DNA of 64,000 bases from positions 37,386,001-37,450,000 of the forward strand of contig OX597822.1 of NCBI GenBank assembly GCA_951406725.2. Direction: 5' to 3'. The translations under genes were made by a program, and so were the position numbers. Position 1 is the first letter of the stretch. Each line of letters begins with the position of its first letter. The notes beneath the pieces were generated by a model. That model worked only from the letters and a program-made list of their open reading frames with translations, was not told where the DNA came from and searched no databases. Origin of the DNA: Octopus vulgaris. Its lineage: Eukaryota. Positions 26,460 to 40,504 of the stretch are shown one piece after another.

Positions 26460-26620
26460 CACGCGTTGCAGGTTGCCTATGACTTTTGTAGAAAGGTACC
26501 CATCGAACTTCCGGTTGAATGCTCTGTCCCAGCAGACGCTAGAGTTACTTCGGCTGAAACTGAGTGAAAGCGAGGCTGACATCCGGGTGTTTACTGATAA
26601 CTTGAGAGATAGAGAGTAAG
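26460..26620 (+). promoter_or_regulatory. Candidate CpG-retaining promoter/TSS region of the LRRFIP gene
   Basis: Non-repetitive, CpG-rich stretch ~1.3 kb upstream of the ATG. ETS-type motifs ACTTCCGGT (26507-26515) and ACATCCGG (26579-26586), then a GA-rich tract and a possible donor GAG|GTAAGA-like site near 26616. Confidence 0.4.
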
Positions 26621-27809
26621 AGAGAGCTAGAAAGAGAGAAAAGGAAGAGATAGAAAGGAAAAGAAGGAGAGAGAAAGAGAGAGAGAACGAGAGACAAAAA
26701 ATGGTGGATTGAATTGTTTCAGAATTTTCTGTTCTGTCTCTCTCTTCTCCTTCTCTCTTTATAGAAGTATATATATACACGCAGATAGATGTATATATAT
26801 TTATAGACGATATATCGTCAGTTTAGAAACAACCAAAATCAAGTTGTGTTCCGTTCCATCCGTTGTCAAATATATATATTTAAATCCATGTGCTTCATGT
26901 CCAGCTGATTGTCACTCCATCGATACAACAAACTCCTCAACTTCAGATTGCTGTGGAAGAAAAGAGGCAAGACAGCAGAGAAAAAAATAATAACACATCT
27001 CGTTGCTGTCTTCCTTTTATCTCTCTTCCTATATATATATTATATTCTGTGTCTTTCTGGATTTATCACAAGTTTTTATTTATTTATTTTACCGGGACTA
27101 CAAAATCGATAATTAACCTTTTATAGCAAAAAAAAAAAAAAAAAATCCTCCTCCTCCTCCTCATAATTAATTGTGTGTGTATGCTTGTGTCTGTGTGTAC
27201 GTTACAACAACACCCGCAATAAGAAAATTTTCATTATATGATAGGAGGTAGCTGTTGTATGTAATGTAGTGCTTGGAGGTTTCACTATTCCCATTTACAT
27301 ACATGTATATGATTCTGATTTACACTATTAATAATAATAATTTATCGATCTGTAAGTGCCGGGGAATACCGACACTACCTTTTTACGTACGCACAGACTG
27401 CTAGTTAGACATATTTACACACACTTACGCACATGAATATACATAACTATAAATATAATACCTTTGGCATCTAGTGCTCACACAATCTTATACACACATA
27501 CCTACATTTATACACACACATATTCATATACATTATATAGCTAAACATATTTGTAAAACAACCTGTGGCGACACCAAATACATTTTGGGTTGGGTCTTCC
27601 TTTTCTCACACAATGGTGTATATAATATGATATCATGTAAACGCACATAAGGATATATATTATTACCGCAACCCTTTATGTCAACGTCTACATACATGCG
27701 AGGAGGTTAATTTAATTAATAAGTTAGGTTAATTAATTGATAAACGCTAAATCAAAGGAGTAGTGGAAGAGGAAGAAGTGGAATAAAGGTTTGTAAAATA
27801 TTCGCCAAA

Positions 27810-27902
27810 ATGACTTCTACAGCCGCCAACTCAGGACGAAGAAGAATAACAACGAAAGCCTATACGGCCGAGGATCAAGCTTTGGATCAGATAGCACGAG
27901 AG
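27810..27902 (+). CDS. LRRFIP2: First coding exon of a leucine-rich repeat flightless-interacting protein (LRRFIP1/2 family) homolog; phase-0 intron follows and extends beyond the window
   Basis: Manual translation MTSTAANSGRRRITTKAYTAEDQALDQIARE from ATG (context CCAAAATG), then a canonical GAG|GTAAGT donor at 27903. Closely matches the vertebrate LRRFIP2 N-terminus as I recall it ([30 protein letters not shown]). Too short for the ORF track. The expected next exon (AEARLAAKRAARAEAR-like) was not found downstream. Confidence 0.88.
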
Positions 27903-27948
27903 GTAAGTCCTATTACTCCATTACAACACACATGAAAGATAGATACAC

Positions 27949-27992
<44 letters not shown>

Positions 27993-28102
27993 TTGCACTC
28001 AAATACATTTGTTTCTGTAGAGGTATTGTTTATATATAAATCTAAAATCTATGTGGGTGTCAATAGTTATTTATTATATATACCTGTATCTATACATATG
28101 CT

Positions 28103-28142
<40 letters not shown>

Positions 28143-28864
28143 AATTTAATGCGTTATGTGGTTTATATATATATATACACACATAGACCAACTAATATGG
28201 CGTGTATATGCAAATATATATACTCCTTTGAGATGCATTTAAATATACATAAAGACTCGTGTAGATATGCGTGTATGTGTATTTGTGTTTTAATTGATCA
28301 AAGTCTAAACTGATATCAAACAAATCTACTTTCTTTTTTATTCATCTTTTCCTGTCCATTTTCTCTTTTCATATCACTCACCCCTTATGTGTACCTGATA
28401 TATAAAATATGTCATAGATATAGTCTAATATATATAAGACTATGTTTGTCAGTTATACACACTTACCCATTCACATACACCACACTATTTTTTCTTTATA
28501 TATACTCACAGCGATGTATATGATATGATATACGGCATACAACTTGTAACCATATACTGTGTGAATATACATGTATCTATATATATCTATATATGTATAT
28601 ACCAACAGGTTTACCGGCTGTTTATGAGTGTAGTACATTATATACAGATCGAGTTGTTCTTCTGCCTCAACTCTGTCAACCTTGATCAAAGGCATTCCAC
28701 TCATGACCGTCCCATCTGTTTAACTGCATTTCGGATATTATTTAATGTCTTTCTCTTTTTTAAGATGGTGGGTGTGGTTTGAGAGAGCTGTGGCTGCTAT
28801 CTCTAGCAGTTAGAGCGATGGGTTAGGGGCAAAGACTTTTTGTGGTTCGTTGTATGTGTGCGTA

Positions 28865-28895
<31 letters not shown>

Positions 28896-28900
28896 GAGAT

Positions 28901-28937
28901 GACATTACGTTTCGCTAAATTTGGCTCTTCAGGCAGT
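28901..28937 (-). ncRNA. Hammerhead-like motif next to a (TA)n tract in LRRFIP intron 1
   Basis: Minus strand reads CTGAAGA-GC-CAAATTTA-GC-GAAACGT-A: perfect core and ACGT stem III, but stem I does not pair well. Confidence 0.45.
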
Positions 28938-29359
28938 TTCAAAGACCAGATTTGGCAAAACATTTAAATCATTGTTTACTTAAAAATTATAAAAATGTAA
29001 CCGGACCTCACATATTGCGTTAATTGGTTATTGAAAAAAAAAAAAAAAATTTACATATAGACACACACATACAAGTGAATCTGTGTGCTACTGCGCGTTG
29101 TATTTATGTGTGTATATATGTATATTTGTGGTTGCGTAGTAGGTTTGTATGTATCTGTCAACACACATGTCAGTGTGTAGTATTGCGCATGGGATTTATG
29201 TATATGGGTGTAAGTGTGTATATATGTATACACACACTTAACGAATCATCCCTGTTCTTCCTGTCTCTTGTTATAAGGGAAATCTGAATGTTGCTTAAAT
29301 GGCTTAATATATACTTATAGTAAGATTACCGTCTCATATGATAAAAAAAAATATATATG

Positions 29360-29404
<45 letters not shown>

Positions 29405-31807
29405 GTGTGTGTGTGTGTGTATATGTATGTATGTATACATGTGTCTATATTGCGACTGACTTATATTCAGTAGTTTTCAGTTCTTTTTCCTGCCATGTAC
29501 ACAATGTAGATTGGTAGAATTGTGGGGGCGCTGTGTATTTATAGTCCTTTATGTTCTATGTTCAATTCCTGTCCAAGTCGGTTTATTAATATTTCTGCCG
29601 TCGGTAAAATAAGTATCAGTTATGAACTTCAGTGAGCTTACTATTACATTCATCTCATGAGACTTGTGTAATCTCAGATCGGTTGGCTTTCGGTAGTTAT
29701 CAGTCACTAACTCTCGGAAAGGAAAAGGCCAAGGAACTGAGTGGTTGCTTTCTTGTGTGAAAGAATTTCTTGTCCAAAAATTGAATTCTTTTACATTTTG
29801 TCCCATTAATTCTTTGTGCTTTCCCCAGTAATCATTTTGCTATTACACTCATCTCACAAAGCAGATGTGAATTGTAAAAATATACCACCAAATCTTCCGC
29901 ACTTCAAATTCTGTAACGTTTTGTGTGTGTGTATATTTTTGTATTTGTTTTGTAAGATATTTGGTGAGAAATCACGAATTAAAACATTCACACATATGCA
30001 TACGTACATGTGTTTATAAGAAACCTGTGTGAGTGTGTGTTGCTTAAAGGTGTTTAACATAAATCTGCCCATTGCACAAGAGATGTGCCGGTATCATCAG
30101 TTATATAGTTGCATGCTGGTGCTACCATCACATTCCCCATCTCTCTTCCTTCATCTCGCTCTCTCATAGCCAAGGATGGAACCTCATTATAGGCGAACGA
30201 CCTGCTAGAAATAACGATCAAATCTCCCAGTGGTCTTTAAAAAGAAGGTTACGTTGTATAAAAATAAAACGAAGGCAAATGCTATGTGGTTATGTCTGGG
30301 ATATCATTGATAATTTGGTCTGTTCGTTCAGGGCTGACCATAAACTTAAATAAAAACACAGGCTCTCAGTTTCATAAAGATGCTCGCGCGCGCGCGCACA
30401 CACACACACTTATCTCTCACTTTCCCACAAACTCATTCTTTTTTTTATCGCGATATTCATATGTTCCGCATCCTCTTTCCTCTTTCATGTGTACTATGTT
30501 TGTGACTGAGTTCTTGTTTGGCCCCAGGTCAGATCTCATCGAGCTGACCAACCGTGACAATCCCGTCTTTTTATCTAAGAGGGAGGAGGCGGTGATTTGA
30601 CGAAGATTTGGCTGCTCTTTTGTAGCAAGTTGATCGACCATGTAAAGACTTCCTCGTTGGCTCATATGTGATTGAATGTTTGGAGTATGTATATCTAGAT
30701 ATATAAGTTTACATATGTGTTTATTTTGTACAAATATATTTAATAAATGGCTATATGTAGGTAGTTAGTGCTATGACTTTGTCTATATATATTGAACAGA
30801 CAGGAAAAATGGACCGCAAATATATCCACAAAGAAAATATGGAGTATTTGCGGCTAGTTACTTCGTGAGACATCAAGTGATTATCTTTTCAGCCGCTGTT
30901 GACAGTTATACGTTTTGCCACCCGCTATGTTGCAGTTGTTGACATCACACATACACACACACACACACGTGTGTGTGTGTGTTTACGTAGCAATCGTTAA
31001 CGTGGTAGTTTCACTTTCTCAAAGGACAACCTGGTGTTTAGTTTGGCAACTGTCGAAGATATTTTCCCTTGACGCTGTGCTGTGACCAGCTTATTTGTCA
31101 TAATGGAATCCTCCTTGTTTTATAGTTCAGAATTGTTTTGTTCATCTACATGCTTCGAGACATTTGTGTTTTTGTCTTGTTGTCGTGGTTGCCCAGTTTT
31201 GTATTGTCATTGTTGTTTACGATGGAAGGATGTAATTAGAGGGGAAATATGGGAACGATTTCTCGCAGCTCGAGCAACCACTTCGAGGCTTCATCGCGAG
31301 ATAGAACAGCAGGAATGACTCAATATATTTTTTTCTTATTCTTGCAACCTAGAGATTTCCTTTCAGTTTCGAACATGAATGATATCAACAATAATAATAA
31401 TAATAGTGGCTTTAATTTTTGGCAGAAGGCCAGCAATTTTTAAAAAATAAATCTCTTAATCGACCTTAGTACTCGACCAAAGGATGACATTAACAATATA
31501 ATGCTCTCATAATTAAAATTCAAACAAATAAATACCATATTGTTATAGCAATAATGATTTTAAATAAGGGACATCGGTTCGGCCATCGTAATTTACAGCA
31601 ATTCAAAGCAATTTTTATTGTCATATATTCTCAAAATATTTCGACCACATTGTTTTTAGATTTTAAACGTACTTAGACGGAGTTTTTAACTATCAAATGC
31701 ATGAATAATATCAGTTGATCGAAGTTTAACAGCTTACTGTATTCTACACATATTGTGGAAAACCGAGCGTGAACTCGGCAATAAGTTAGTCTATAGTCTA
31801 TACAGAT

Positions 31808-31839
<32 letters not shown>

Positions 31840-32092
31840 CTGTTAGTGTCGGCAGTTAGCTAAAGTCTATACAGACGGAAATAGACAATTAAGTCAACAG
31901 TGGTGTCTCTGCTTGCATGTGTCACTGGTAGCAGCAGCTAGCTGCTACATTGACCAGTTGCTGTGTGTCAGTGTGACAAATGCTGTCTTGCAATGGCTTT
32001 CACCTTTTACTCCTGCATACTGACAGCAGTAAGAGACTGGTGGATTCTAACGTAGAGAGAGAGACTGGCGGATATGTCTGTCTGTCTGTCTC

Positions 32093-32133
<41 letters not shown>

Positions 32134-32907
32134 TCTAAATTATTTACTCGTCCTGCTTTACTTTTTGTTGCACTTTTCCCTCTTGTATGTGTGTGTGTGT
32201 TACTTGTTAGTCATTGGTCTGCGGCCATGCTTGGGCATCGCCTTGAAGGGTTCAGTCGAACGAATCGATCCCAGTACTTTTCTTTTAACCTCGGACTTTT
32301 CCTATCGGTCAGTTTTGCCGAACTATTAAGTTACGGGGACTTAAACAAACCAACACCGGTTGTCAAGTGGTAGTGGGAGAGACACAGACTGCACACATAG
32401 GTACAAAAAAACATTTATATAATATATACGACAGGCTACTTTCCGTTTCTGTCTAACCAAATCCCTTTACAAGACTTTAATTGGCCCGAGGTTATATCAA
32501 TAGACATTGGCCCAAAGTGCCGTGCAGTGGAACTGAACTCACACACACACACGTATATGACTTAAATTATGCACACTGCGGGATATATGCTGGTTAGAAA
32601 GGTACATATACATACCCACCCGTATCAGTTTGTATGCTTACACAATTGCAATTTCAATACAAATTATTATTGTGAAAGGTGAAAGCTGGCAGAATCGTTT
32701 GCATACTGGACAAAATGATTAGCGGCATTTCTTCTGGCTTTATGCACTGAGTTCAAACTCCCCCAAGGTCGACTTTGCTCTTCATTCCTTTTGGGGTCGA
32801 TGAAATAAGTGTCAGTTGAGCACTGGGGTCAATGTAATTGGCTAGCCCCCCCCCCCCCCCCCGAAATTGCTTGCTTTGTGAAATTTGAATCCTTTATTAT
32901 TATTATT

Positions 32908-33448
32908 GAGTGAGAGAGCAGTGCATACCATCAAAGTGACACTGGGGTAAAATATATGAAGCCCAGTATACCCATCATGACTACCCGTCTGATAAGGGTA
33001 CACTAGGCACATGCATTACAACCATATGTGTACGACATGGTGATTTCATATCAAGATAAACAGCACATGACCTTGCAGGTGGGGCCCAGTGAGAACTTTC
33101 TTTGGGTCGAGTAGCCCATTCTGCTCAAAAGGTCCCTGAATAAGGATTAAGGTTGTTGAACAAAATACCCCTGCTTTCAAAAGTAAATTATCCAAACCCT
33201 AAAGAATTCCTCTCAACACATGGCTATGATGCTCCCCTACTACTTCTGCTTGTGATTAGAGATGCACATATCATCAGCCACTAAGGGACATGCTCAACTG
33301 GTTAAGGCCAAACAACTGACAAGAAAATCTGTGATTTGAGCAGAATATTTGCTGTAGCTTTTTTTATATACCTAGACAAAATAATGTACATGATAACACT
33401 TCCAATCAGTTAAGATCAGAAGCCACTGCTTGGTACTGCATCAGGGCA
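32908..33448 (-). mobile_element. ~540-bp non-coding element inserted in a (TAA)n microsatellite; possibly a non-autonomous Dong/R4-type retroelement
   Basis: Complex sequence sharply bounded on both sides by (TTA)n runs; Dong/R4 elements are known to target TAA repeats. Confidence 0.45.
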
Positions 33449-36061
33449 TTTATTATTATTATTAAGGGAGCAAGGTGACGAGCTGGTAGAATTGTTAGCA
33501 CACTGGACGAAATGCTTAGCATTTCACCTGTTGCTACATTCTCAGTTAAGATTTCACTGAGGTTGACTTTCCCTTTCATCCTTTCATTGTTGATAAATTA
33601 AGTACCAGTGAAACACTGGGGTTGATGTAATCGACTACTCTGCTCCCCCAAATTTGAGGCTTTGTGCCTTTAGTAGAAAAGATTATTAAGGGGGCAAGCT
33701 AGCAGAATTGTTAGCATTCCAGCAAAAATGTTTAGTGGCATTTCTTCCTGCTTTACATTCTCAGTCCAAACCCTGCTGAGATTGACTCTGCTTTTCAGCT
33801 TTTGAGGAAATAACTACCAGTTGAGCACTGTGGTTGATGTAATCGACTAGCTCCCTCCCTCAAAATTTCAAGCCTTGTGCTTGTAGTAGAAAGGTTTATT
33901 GCTATTTTATTGTCAATAAATTATTTAAGGTAGTGGATTGATAGAATCCTTTGGCCTTTGGTACTTGTTCTGGGTTTTGAACTTTGAGTTGGAATACCAC
34001 CACGGTCAACTTTATTTTTTGCCTTTTCAGAGTTGATGAAATATAATACTAGTTAACTATGGGGGTCAATATGATCAACTGTCCCATCTCATCAAATTTC
34101 TGGCCTTGTGCCTATGTAAGAAATAAATAATATTTATTCATGAAGGTGCATGTGTGATTGGCATACTTGCTTCCTAACCATGCTATCACAGGTTCTGTCC
34201 CACTCTGCAGCATCTTGGTCAAGTGTCTTTTGTTTTGGCCGCAGGTTGACTGAAGCCTTGTTGTAGATTTTGTAGATAAAAACTGAAAGAGGCCTGTTGT
34301 GTGCGCACATGTGTGTTTGTATATGCTTGTTTTGGTATCATGGTTGTAATGGTTGTAAACAAATATTGTCATCATACAAGCAGTGCTGTTTGTTTCCTAT
34401 TTTCCATGAAGAACATGTTTGGCCATGTAAAATATTACTTTGCTTGGAAATGGGTGAGAGTTGGCAGCAGGAAGGGCATTCAGCCATAGAAAATCTGTCT
34501 CAAAAAATTCCGTCTGACTCATGCAGGCATGGAAGAGTGTACATTAAATGATAATGATGCTAAGGCATGTGACCTGTTAATATGTTTGGCTTGTAGCCAT
34601 ATGGTCATGACTTCAGTTCCTAGGACTGGCAGTGCATTATGTCCTTGAGCAACATACTTCATTTCACATCACTCCATCTATTCAGCTGTAATGAGTACCA
34701 GCTGATTATTGGCGCAGCTCTCTCTCCCTCCATTTGTCATATATTGGGATGTTCTGCTGGCTTGAGGCTAAGGGGTTGAAAGGTTGCCTATGCTCATGAC
34801 TACAGAAGTAACAACAAAAAACAAAATTTGTGTAAGCTTGATACATACCAAGCCATACACATTTGCAAGAGATGGCTAGATGTACTATATATTTAAGGAT
34901 AATGTTTCCCCCACTCCCTTATTTATCTATCTGAAATGGTGATGTAAAAATATTTCAGTGATATTGGATATGTGTTTTGCCCTACCCCAGATCAGGTTCC
35001 TCTATGATATTTATCAATTCATAAACACATTAGGTGATATTAAAGTTTCACATTACATTCTGCTTATCCAGGTTCACTATTAACATCTCGTTTTTTTAAA
35101 AAATTCATTTTTGTCTTAAAAAAATTTTTTTAGCCAATTATAAATACTTGTCTTTATTGTTGTTGTTTAATTGCAGTCTTTGATCATAGATTAGCTTTGC
35201 TGATCAGTCTTGATAAAGCTGACCTATGATCAAAGAGATTATGAAACCATCCTATCTTTTATTCAGACATAATGTATCTAGGACTACATTATTGAATGTG
35301 TTCTTTTTTCCCATTCTATACAAAAGACAGTAGGATGTAATTTGAGGAGGATTTTCCTACCATTTCAATAAGATCTCTCTTGTTGGTTTCTGTCATCTTT
35401 GTTAATTCCCCTATGTGGCAGTGCTCATATCCAGATAATTACTGACCAATTATATTGTGTTAATAATGTGCATTGAAAGTTGATAGCCTCTGTCAGAGTT
35501 CCTTGCTACAGTGAAGGAGATGAGAATCTCTGAGAGATGGTGGTATGTACTTTTGTTAAGATAAAGCAGGCTGAACATCAACTTCTCTCTCTTTAGCACT
35601 TAGCTATCATATGCTCCAGTGTGAAACTGGCATTAATGAGTTTAGTTGGTGCTATCTGTCATCTTGTGCACCTGTCTACACTGCTATCACCCCTATTCTC
35701 TTGGTAGCTTTCTTGCTGGATCTATTAGCAATATTAGGAGCTGCCATATTTCCCTCAAACTGGCAGAACTGTTAGCATACCAAACAAAATGCATAGTGGC
35801 ATTTCTTCTGGCTTCACATTCTGAGTTCAAAGTCTGCTGAGGTCAGTTTTGCCTTTCATCCTTTTGGGGTCAATAACATAAGTAACAGTTAAGCGCTTGG
35901 GTTGATATAATCAGCTACAGCCCACCCCCATATACAATTTCAGGCCTTGTGCCTATAGTACAAAGCAATATTAGTGACTGCCATATTTCCCTCGGACCAA
36001 TATAGATGTCGTTTTTAAACATGGAAAAAATAGATTGTAAAGGTTATGCATTTATATATGC

Positions 36062-36245
36062 ATGTCTCCCTTGTCCAATATTTTGAATCCGGGTTTGTCC
36101 TTGTGAGCAGGGCTGGTTTGATCTACCTCACTCTTACAGCAAATGCTCTCACACCATCTTGCCATCTCACCCGATTTTGGGCATCCTCCCTCCTCAAGCC
36201 AACCCTCCCAATCTCCTCCTCCGCCTGTCCCCTTCACGTTTTCTT
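36062..36245 (-). mobile_element. Probable RTE-like LINE 3' end fragment
   Basis: Minus-strand reading ends ARWCESICCKSEVDQTSPAHKDKPGFK, resembling RTE C-terminal/3'UTR junctions. Confidence 0.45.
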
Positions 36246-39200
36246 TGCTGTTAAAAACATCACTTCTGAACCACATGGTTCCAGGTTTGGTCCCTCTGTG
36301 TGGCACCATGGGCAAGAGTGTTTTGTTATAGTTTCATGGTGGCCGAAGATTTATGAACGAAATTTAGTGATTTAGTTGTATGCATAAATCTGTGTGTGTA
36401 GGATCAGAACTGGATGAATGCTAATTTAGTTCAGTCCTAATTAACTCTATTGACATCTTCATTGATGTGTCTTTCATTTCTCACAGGATCGATAAAATAT
36501 GCACCAGATGCATACTGGGATCAATATAGCTGACTAATGTTCATTGAATGTATTGTCCCAGTATTGCCACAGTTCAGTTTTTTATGTCACATTATGTATA
36601 AAAACAATTTTGCATTTAATATCAATACTTTTTAGTAAAGTACATACATGTTTATTAAACTTTTACAAGAGGGAGAGACAGTGACTTCAAATTTTTGACC
36701 TGCTTGCTTTTGTTGGACTGTCTGAGGATGGTTAGCAGGCCAAAGCTTCAAAGTCTCTGTTACTTCTTGTAAAAGTCTCTCTCTCTCTCACTCACACACA
36801 CACACACACACTCTCTCTCTCTCAGTGATGGGAAAACTATCCAGCCACAGAAAGCAAACCAAAAACAATGTACAAGCAAGCTGTAATCCTCAAAACCAAT
36901 TAGGAGGGCAATAACTTTGAATAGGAATTAGCTTGATTTGTGATGAGCTGTCTGACCTATGCCAGTGTGGAAAGTAGATGTAAAATGACAATGAATGATG
37001 TACATGTGTATTTTATTTTTTTAGTATTCTGTTTGCAGAGCTTTCATCTTTCACTTGTTTCACCCATTAGACCATTGCCATGCTGGGGCACTGCTGTGAA
37101 TGAATTGACTCCAGTACTTATTTTTTGTTAAGCCTGGTATTTATTCTAGAAGTCCCTTTTGCCAGACCTGTAAGTCATGAGGAGGTAAACACACCAACAC
37201 TGGTTGTCAAGTGGTGGGACACACACACACACGTGCACTCGATGGGCTTCTTTCAGTTTCTGTCTACCAAATCCACTCATAAGGCTTTGATTAGCAGTGG
37301 AACTGAACCCAGAGCCATGTGGTTGGGAAGCAAGCTTCTTACCACACAGACATATAATTGTCTCTAAAGTCCCAATGGGCTTATTAGTAACCACTACCAA
37401 TCTCTGATTTCATGGTATGGTGTGATTGTAGGGTCAATTATCTTACTGGATAGGACACCTGTTTAGCCCTGTTAACATTCTTTATTCTCAATAGCTAGGT
37501 GTGGGCTGAAGCAGGTGGATTTAGGTGTACTGATAAACTATCTCACAGCGATGCTGTGGATTTGAATTCAAAATTTTTGTGGTTGTCAAAATTAGGGTTG
37601 CACTTCATCTGATAATATCTGATAATGTTGTTTAGTCCCAAGTCATCTCTAATCAAGCTGATCTCAAAAGTATTCCAGCTGTAACTATTCCATAAAAAAA
37701 ATTTTTTAGATACTGTTTATCTAGGACCATATTAACCAATATGTCCTTTATTTTTTTAAGCCAGCTGAGTATGAAGGAGATTCAGCTGCTATTTCTAAAA
37801 GGTCTAGTGATCATCTTCAAGTTCCCTTTTTTGTTTTAGTTCAGTTGCTCATCACTACAAGATTTATTAACTCCCACATTCCATGTGACTGCAGAGTCTG
37901 AGATGTCTAGGGCTATCTTTCCTACCTACCTACCAGCCAACCACTGCTGAAATCCTAGATAGCTGCCATATGCCACAATAAGCTAAAAATAAATCTTCTA
38001 TTCCCCACCCCCACCAAATTCCTGTATTTCTGTGGGAGACTAAATCCTGTCTTTCACTTACCACCTCTCAACCATTCTTCTGCAGTTTTTCTCTGATACA
38101 GCATTTCAGCATCTGTTTAATTGATTCCTTTGCAGTTACAGAAGAATCTAGTTGCATCACTAAGGCTGTTTTTTCCCCCCACTTTTCAAGGCCCCAAATG
38201 TATGATAGCCTTGATTATTGGATGAGTCTTTATAAGGTCCTTTATATAAAAGTTCTGCACTGATTCACTTTCATTTCCATAGCTCATTGACTTTTGATCA
38301 CTGAAGCCTTTGTTTACTTATTGTGTTCTCAAGCCATATTGTAATGATGGAGAAATATCCTGACCTTCTGGTTGTTGAGTTGTCAATGTCTCAAAAATGT
38401 AATATGAAGTGGGCGGCACATAACAGGAAGGGCTTAAACAATGGTTCTTAACCAGGGTCCATATGGCCACTGAGGGTCCATATAAGATTTTGGAGGGTCC
38501 ACAATATTTTAAAGGCCCTTGAAAAATGTATGTATTGGTATGTATTGCAAGGAACAGCTAGGTTCATTTCGCTAATATTTTACACAGTTCAACTATTCAT
38601 GTATGAAAAACAAAATAGGAATTTTGAAAGGTTATATAAAACTAGTTTATAAACCTCAAATGGCTATGGGGTGGGTCTATTAAAGGGGTCCATGGATAAA
38701 ATATGAAGGACTGAAATTATTGTGCAAATTACAAGGATGTTAGTGTACAATACTTTGAATAGAAAAATTTTATGGGTTTGTAGCTAGATTTTATAATATC
38801 CTACTTGACATGAGGTTAAGGAAGGATAGCAGAGCAGATGATTCACAAAATGGACAGAGAAAATGCTTCCTCATGAATATGGCTGAGGTATCTGAAAGAA
38901 AGACCAAAATTGAGAGCAAATGGTAAAACCTCAGTGATTAGTAAAGCAAAAATAGTTGGAATGGTTTCACTTGTCCCTCATGTGGAGTTGTGTGTTGGCT
39001 GTATAGGCAACAGGAGGGGAAAAGGTACTGAAGTGTGGGCCAAGAGAACCTGGCCATTCCTGGTAGTAGTCTCAGTGGTTGGTGCTACTGCAGGAATTGA
39101 TATTGTTGGGAAGTGCCAAAATTATTTTGCTCTCCTGTCGGCAGCTGATAAAGGTAGTGTTCTTGAGGCATAAGCTGTATGTAAAATATGGTGAACAAAT

Positions 39201-39719
39201 GTTTGGCAAAATAAGTAGAGCACTAAACTAGATGTTTTGATGTACTATTTGGTCTTTGTTTGTCAGACTCCTCTGTCAGACACATGCACATTTACAGATT
39301 CACACATACACATGCACTCACACACAAAGCATATATCTATAAACCAATCCTCAATGGAAGTGTTCTACCTAACTTGTCTCCTTCCCCAACCTCAGGCTTG
39401 CTACTGTTGCATTTGTACGTATGTGTGTGTGTGTGTGCGTTGTTGTGTGTTTCCTGTTGATAGAGATATCTTGATAGTTGTCTGACTTTGTTTCTCTCAT
39501 AATAGTTTGACCTCATCTAGGAGTGTCTACTCACTCATTGCCTCTCTCCCCTCCTTATCTCACTCATTCATAGACTAGACTGACACACTTACTTCACTGG
39601 TCCTGGTGGCTTTACAACAATCCCTCTGCTAAACCCTCATACTTGGCGGTCTATGATATATATATATATATATATATATATAATAACAAATATATATATA
39701 TACACACTCACACATAAGA

Positions 39720-40504
39720 TGGTATCAAAAGGTTGTCAGACTAGTTAAGTTTAATAAAAAATAACTTAGTTACCTAAGTTTTGACATTATCTCCTTCATT
39801 TGCGCAACAATACACCAGTCCCAGCATTCCTGCCATTTTTGGAATCCAACCTGGAAGTTGTTTTCTGTAAGCAAGTTGAGGACCTATGATTTGCTCTGGA
39901 TTTTGACAACTGTGTTAAAACGGCAACCTTTGAGCTGCATTTTTATCTTGGGGAAGAGATGGAAGTCCACAGGTGCTAAATCTGGTGAAAAGGGAGGGTG
40001 TGGAAGCAATACCATGTTGATTTTGGCAAGAAATTCACAAGTGATGAGAGCTTGGTGAGAGGGTGCTTTGTTGTTGTGAAGAATCCAATTCTTTTTTGCT
40101 CCACAGATCTGGTTGCTTTTACCGAATCTCCTCCTTCAAATACTTCAAAACATCACAGCAGAACTCTTGATTGATGTTCTGGTCCTGGGGGTTGAATTCT
40201 CAATGCACAATACCACATTTCCAGGAGTTACATTCGTGGCAGGTCTTCCAGATCATTCTCATTTTTCAGGGCATTCTTCTGCTTTTGAAGTGCCCCAAGT
40301 TTAATGCAAAATTTGACATTGACTCTTTGTTCTTGTCCATGAAAAAATTGCAGACTACAACATACACATGATCACAAAAACACAAATTTCACAACTTGTG
40401 AAGTAAACATAGCAATGTCACTTGGCTCACTGCCTCATGAAGGTCGCTGCATATGCAACCATGTGCTGCCATCTGTTGGTGCCCTGCAGAACTGTTTGAT
40501 ACTA
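39720..40504 (-). mobile_element. Internally deleted mariner transposon
   Basis: Minus strand encodes WILHNNKAPSH...LPHPPFSPDLAPVDFHLFPKIKMQLKGCRF (HDNA and YSPDLAPxD motifs). Degenerate TIRs TGGTATCAAAAGGTT and GAACTGTTTGATACTA. Confidence 0.88.
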
